Origin: Candidatus Saccharimonadales bacterium
GTDB lineage: Bacteria; Patescibacteriota; Saccharimonadia; Saccharimonadales; UBA10212
NCBI GenBank assembly: GCA_040879175.1
Contig: JBBDKW010000018.1
Location: 1 to 56,388, forward strand
DNA: 56,388 bases
Reading direction: 5' to 3'
This document shows, piece after piece, positions 53,601 to 56,388 of this stretch. A program made the position numbers and the translations under genes. The notes below the pieces were generated by a model, which did not search any database, was not told the DNA's origin, and saw only the letters and a program-made list of their open reading frames with translations. Position 1 is the first letter of the stretch, and every line of letters starts with the position of its first letter.

Positions 53601-53676
53601 TTATGATGTTTACAATACTTTAACCTCATTTGTTTATTGCGATGGCGAACCTGGCACAAGCTGTACATACCCATAG
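50653..53676 (+). CDS. Class A penicillin-binding protein (PBP1A-type transglycosylase/transpeptidase) with a Ser/Thr/Gly-rich Ig-like C-terminal region
   Basis: It has an N-terminal TM helix, the GT51 motifs EDKDFYNHRGFD and RQGGSTITQQL, and the transpeptidase motifs SPGSSFKP and KTGTT. The reading frame continues in coding-like fashion past the TAG at 53674. Confidence 0.92.
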   Translation: MKIKGFGKPRRPKRGGKPIATRSGRVLKVNRSLSQRWSTMREAKTLRKLNRLKGLPKSRLKRLLWRLHPQHVAKYWFSRDGGIMALKITGIAILVLFVLTLGVFAYFRKDLPDIKDISGSSLGGSISYYDRTGKVLLWQDYNAVKRVPVRTEDISKFMKDATVAVEDKDFYNHRGFDIRGITRAAINDILHRDVRQGGSTITQQLVKLTQDWAQQRTFTRKVKELILAVELERTYTKEEILTGYLNAAPYGGIDYGVQVAASDYFHKSAKDLTLAEAAMLAAIPKSPTLYSPYSGEYFNKDEFLGRYGYVLDQMVNLGMIDQKQADEAKKFDILATIHPQQTKYAGIRAPYFVLAARNEIITKRAPQGPGSNKPGGWKVITTLDMKLQKLAEETVQKNRSNALRFGADAQALVAEDVKTGQVVALVGGNDFDNNEYGKINYAQWNISPGSSFKPYDYVALIENNNAGAGSVLYDVQQPIPGYPCTNKAKPSFGRGPASGGNCLYNYDFRYPGAESLRYALGGSRNVPAVKAMLAVVPGNETASINKTISTANDLMAAPGAYKCYNPGVDVNTATKSDETQCYGASAIGDGAYLHLDQHTHGVASISRMGLAIPQTYILKIYDSKSETKPLYEWKQPKEGDDGVKQAVRPETAYIVSNIASDPNASYLSFPRKWHNYNGWRTAIKTGTTNNGFDGLMMGWNSKYAVGSWVGHHTRNKRLTTFMENLTQPLTRDFMRAALDASGAKAENWTEPSGIQRLPAYVVRTHVGNGSVEPSPGTDLYPSWYKPKGASTQSITLDKVSGKLATNCTPSLAQQKLGGSSAPTTFSVDPFYPPGGAAGSTSTSTTGASDDVHSCSDTKPSITLTVADTNCSSCTFTAFVQAGTHLFNDSQYSQYPGTVNFYVNGQLVGSKPVSDPADTVSITYNASSGGSGKVTAQVIDSVLYDATSNAVSVNFSGGGGSLSFDSANKQGPNIHFNWSGGIGSYDVYNTLTSFVYCDGEPGTSCTYP

Positions 53677-53763
53677 GCGACGATACCCGATGAGACGTCG
53701 GTCACGGTCAGAGATAGTAACGGCACAACTGATACAACTACCGTAGATTATTAGCTTTTCTGT

Positions 53764-55110
53764 TTAGTCTTTTTCCAGAAACGTATTGAGTGCCCTACGC
53801 ACGTCAGTAACCGACAGCAAAAACGCCGGCTTCCTACCTGATCTTACAACCGGGCCGATTGCCGCCTCAAAACCGAGTTTTTTGGCTTCGGCCAGGCGTT
53901 TTTCTAAAAAAGGCACGTGGCGCACTTCACCGGAGAGCCCTGCTTCACCAAACACCACGGCGTTTTTCTTCAGTTGCATTCCTTTGGCGGCGCTAGCGAT
54001 AGCCATACACACAGCCAAATCAGCCGCCGGCTCGGTTAATCGGATGCCGCCGACGATGTTGACGTAAATATCGCGGTCAGCCAGCTTTAGTTTGGTGCGT
54101 CTTTCCAGCATGGCAATCAGCAGATTCACGCGGTTCAAATCAATGCCGCTGGCCGTCCGTTTGGGATAACCGTAACTCGTAGGATTGACCAAGGCTTGCA
54201 CTTCAACGAGTAGCGGCCGGCTGCCCTCCATGGTCGCGTGGACTACCGAGCCGTCGCTGGCCTGGCGCTCAGCCAGCAATGCCGCCGAGGGGTTACTAAC
54301 CGCCTGCATACCCTTATCTGTCATTTCAAAGATTCCGGCCTCTGTTGTGGCGCCGTAGCGGTTTTTTACCGCCCGCAGTATTTTGAAACCACCATAACGG
54401 TCGCCTTCCAGCTGCAGCACCACGTCTACGATATGTTCTAAGACCTTTGGCCCGGCAATCGAGCCTTCTTTGGTAACGTGACCGACCAAAACCAATGCCG
54501 TATTGGTCGATTTTGCCGCCGCGCTCAAAAGCTGGGTACTGTTGGTAACTTGGCTGATGTTGCCGGCAGCCGAAGTGATCTCGTTGACGGCAATCGACTG
54601 CACCGAGTCCATAATCACGACGTCGAAATCGCCGGAGGCGATCGTTGTCGCGATATCGTTCGTAACCGTAGAAACGGCCAGTTGAAGCGATTTGGCCTTA
54701 GTCCCTAGCCTTTCTGCCCGCAACGCTATCTGTTGGCCGGATTCTTCGCCGCTGACATATAAGACTCTTTGTTCGCCGGCGATATTGTTGGCAATTTGTA
54801 GTAGCAAAGTGCTTTTACCCATACCCGGCTGTCCGGCCAGCAGGTTGACGCTGCCGGCTACCAGTCCACCGCCCAAAACCTCATCAACATCAGATATTTT
54901 AGTAGAAACCCGTTTCGTCTTGGCGGTTGCCGCGTTGGCCACCGATTCAATATTTAAGCGCTTACCGCTGGCGCCGGCGGTCGAAGTGCTGACCTCAACT
55001 TGCTCCTGTAAAGTGTTCCACTCACCGCAAACCCGGCAACGACCGGTCCACGAGGTGCTTACAGCCCCGCAATTACCACAGACGTATTTGACTCCCAAAC
55101 GTTTCGCCAT
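53764..55110 (-). CDS. radA: DNA repair protein RadA/Sms
   Basis: The 448-aa ORF has a zinc ribbon (CGNCGAVSTSWTGRCRVCGEW), Walker A GQPGMGKST, a KNRYG motif, and a Lon-like C-terminal domain. Confidence 0.95.
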   Translation of the reverse strand: MAKRLGVKYVCGNCGAVSTSWTGRCRVCGEWNTLQEQVEVSTSTAGASGKRLNIESVANAATAKTKRVSTKISDVDEVLGGGLVAGSVNLLAGQPGMGKSTLLLQIANNIAGEQRVLYVSGEESGQQIALRAERLGTKAKSLQLAVSTVTNDIATTIASGDFDVVIMDSVQSIAVNEITSAAGNISQVTNSTQLLSAAAKSTNTALVLVGHVTKEGSIAGPKVLEHIVDVVLQLEGDRYGGFKILRAVKNRYGATTEAGIFEMTDKGMQAVSNPSAALLAERQASDGSVVHATMEGSRPLLVEVQALVNPTSYGYPKRTASGIDLNRVNLLIAMLERRTKLKLADRDIYVNIVGGIRLTEPAADLAVCMAIASAAKGMQLKKNAVVFGEAGLSGEVRHVPFLEKRLAEAKKLGFEAAIGPVVRSGRKPAFLLSVTDVRRALNTFLEKD

Positions 55111-55214
55111 AAATACATTCTACATTTACCATTTAACATTTGACATTTATTTTTTATTTACCAATGAGTCAATGCTTAATGTTAAATAAATGCAAAGTGG
55201 GCAATGCTAAATGC
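55111..55214. repeat. AT-rich mirrored CATT/AATG heptamer array E
   Basis: CATT starts at 55116, 55123, 55130, 55137 and 55144, in exact 7-nt steps. After the centre tttattttttattta, AATG starts at 55163, 55171, 55178, 55189, 55203 and 55210. Confidence 0.8.
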
Positions 55215-56198
55215 TCAATTCGCCGTTTGCGGGGCAAGGCTGGTGTCGAGCGAATCGTATAAACTACTCAGTTCGGCCGCTAAGGCATTGTGGGCGGCTA
55301 CCAACCGGTTGTATTCAGCGATATCGGCCCGCAATTCGACAACTCCATCGTTGTAGTCATTAACCGCGGCGTTAAAAGCCGGCACAGCGGCGTTGTACTC
55401 GTCAACCTGACCAGAGGCGCGCAGGCTATCCAGTCGCCTTCTATCAGCCTCAAGCTGTTCCAGCTGGCTGCTCAACGCCGCTTCCTCTTTGTCGATTCTC
55501 TGCTTCAAATCCACCAGCCGCCGCTCGAAATCTTTAATCTTGGCTATGCGGCTGGCGAACTCATCGGCGTATTGATTGGCAAAGGCGACAACAGCCGAAC
55601 GGTTACTAAAATAACGCTGATAGTAGGACTCGAGCTCAGGTGTCAGGCTGCCAACCTCGGTAGCAAAAATCGAGTGCATCTCATTCAGCAGTTCGTCAGG
55701 CTCGGTCTGTTTATAGGTGTCGATTGTCTCAAGCACTCTTCTATCGCGCAGATCGTCGCTGTAAAAATCATTGAGCAGCCCATTAATGCGGTTTTTATCA
55801 TCTTGACTTAAGCGGTCATAGGCGGCGTGCAGCACTTCGTGGGCCGCCGTAACCTCGACCACACCGTTAAGCCGTGCGTCTTGGACGTTGTAGATGTAGA
55901 TGGCGCTGCTAAAACCGGTGTGGTAGCAGCCAAGCACGATTGTCTGCTCAAAACTCGGGCAGGCCTGGCGGAAAGCATCAGCCTCGTTTATTAAGTCCGG
56001 GTGTGTGACATAAAAGATGTGTTTAGCATCATCAGTCATCGTGTCGGCTCGGGCGATGGCGGCAATGGCTGCCGGCGGTGTGTAATTTCTAAGCCTCAGC
56101 CAGTCTTCTATGGCTTGGAGGTTAAATAGGCCAAATACCAGCAACGCCAAAATGGTCAGCGTCGCAGTCCCAGCAAAAACCCTCCAAAACCTATTCAT
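55215..56198 (-). CDS. Hypothetical membrane-anchored protein with an HExxH motif and a C-terminal coiled coil
   Basis: The 327-aa ORF has an N-terminal TM helix (TATLTILALLVFGLF), the motif VTAAHEVLHAAYD, and a heptad-rich tail (RRLVDLKQRIDKEEAALSSQLEQLEADRRRLDSL). Confidence 0.6.
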   Translation of the reverse strand: MNRFWRVFAGTATLTILALLVFGLFNLQAIEDWLRLRNYTPPAAIAAIARADTMTDDAKHIFYVTHPDLINEADAFRQACPSFEQTIVLGCYHTGFSSAIYIYNVQDARLNGVVEVTAAHEVLHAAYDRLSQDDKNRINGLLNDFYSDDLRDRRVLETIDTYKQTEPDELLNEMHSIFATEVGSLTPELESYYQRYFSNRSAVVAFANQYADEFASRIAKIKDFERRLVDLKQRIDKEEAALSSQLEQLEADRRRLDSLRASGQVDEYNAAVPAFNAAVNDYNDGVVELRADIAEYNRLVAAHNALAAELSSLYDSLDTSLAPQTAN

Positions 56199-56312
56199 TC
56201 ATTTAAGTATATCAATGACTGAGCGAGCCCCTCCTTTGAACAAACATAAGGAGCTAACCCGAGTAGATGTTGTTAAAAAGAGGCGTGCTTGGCCGCGAGG
56301 ACTGTTTGACGA

Positions 56313-56338
56313 AGAAATATGCCTAGTGGCATATTTCT
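56313..56338. other. Perfect 11-bp hairpin near the window end
   Basis: The hairpin is agaaatatgcc-tagt-ggcatatttct. It may terminate a minus-strand gene lying beyond the window. Confidence 0.3.
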
Positions 56339-56388
56339 GAGGAGTTCCGCAGCGAGCCTGTTTTTAAGCAACAGATACATCGAGTGGG

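Noticed and set aside
1-56388. An alternative genetic code (UGA recoding, as in Gracilibacteria/Absconditabacteria) or widespread frameshifts.
   Set aside because: All conserved genes are intact and full length under the standard code. TGA is used as a genuine stop (for example recG, the RluD-like gene, rplF and the 55215 gene). The only suspicious stop is the single TAG in the PBP tail.

Overview
The window is a gene-dense housekeeping supercluster, almost entirely on the minus strand, from a small-genome bacterium using the standard code (TGA, TAA and TAG all terminate conserved genes). Minus-strand order from high to low coordinates: a membrane HExxH protein, radA, then on the plus strand a PBP1A gene, tyrS, a SAM methyltransferase, recG, rsmD, tRNA-Leu, a plus-strand membrane protein, hisS, tig, clpP, rpoB-rpoC, rpsL-rpsG-fusA, a three-gene glycan insert, tuf, the S10-spc-alpha ribosomal block joined directly to rplM-rpsI, trpS, an RluA-type synthase, holB, a TPR protein, a tRNA/rpmG islet, an NrnA-like DHH protein, a P-loop kinase and YgjP-like hydrolase pair, secE-nusG-rplK-rplA, and the start of dcd. 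L30 is absent between rpsE and rplO, adk and map are absent between secY and infA, and rplJ-rplL do not precede rpoB. That pattern plus long Lys/Glu/Ala tails on many ribosomal proteins fits a Patescibacteria/CPR (Saccharibacteria-like) genome, but this is inference only. All five tRNA genes encode their 3' CCA. I saw no rRNA, CRISPR array, transposase, integrase or recognisable defence genes. Signals not explained by ordinary annotation: (1) a nested-palindrome MITE-like element in two copies, one in frame inside the rplA N-terminal extension; (2) small ORFs that exactly fill junctions between conserved translation genes, two of which (next to fusA and tuf) look like paralogs; (3) five AT-rich intergenic arrays of 7-nt-phased CATT/AATG units in mirrored halves; (4) a perfect CIRCE operator over a clpP promoter; (5) repeated -10 boxes 6-10 nt upstream of ATGs with no Shine-Dalgarno, suggesting leaderless mRNAs; (6) a 22-nt duplicate of the tRNA-Tyr 3' end enclosing a structured segment; (7) a glycosidase/GT4 insert splitting fusA from tuf; (8) an 18-bp palindrome core shared by the fusA terminator and the inside of tyrS; (9) an in-frame TAG in PBP1A followed by coding-like sequence. 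All calls come from reading the sequence and the ORF track; no database search was run.
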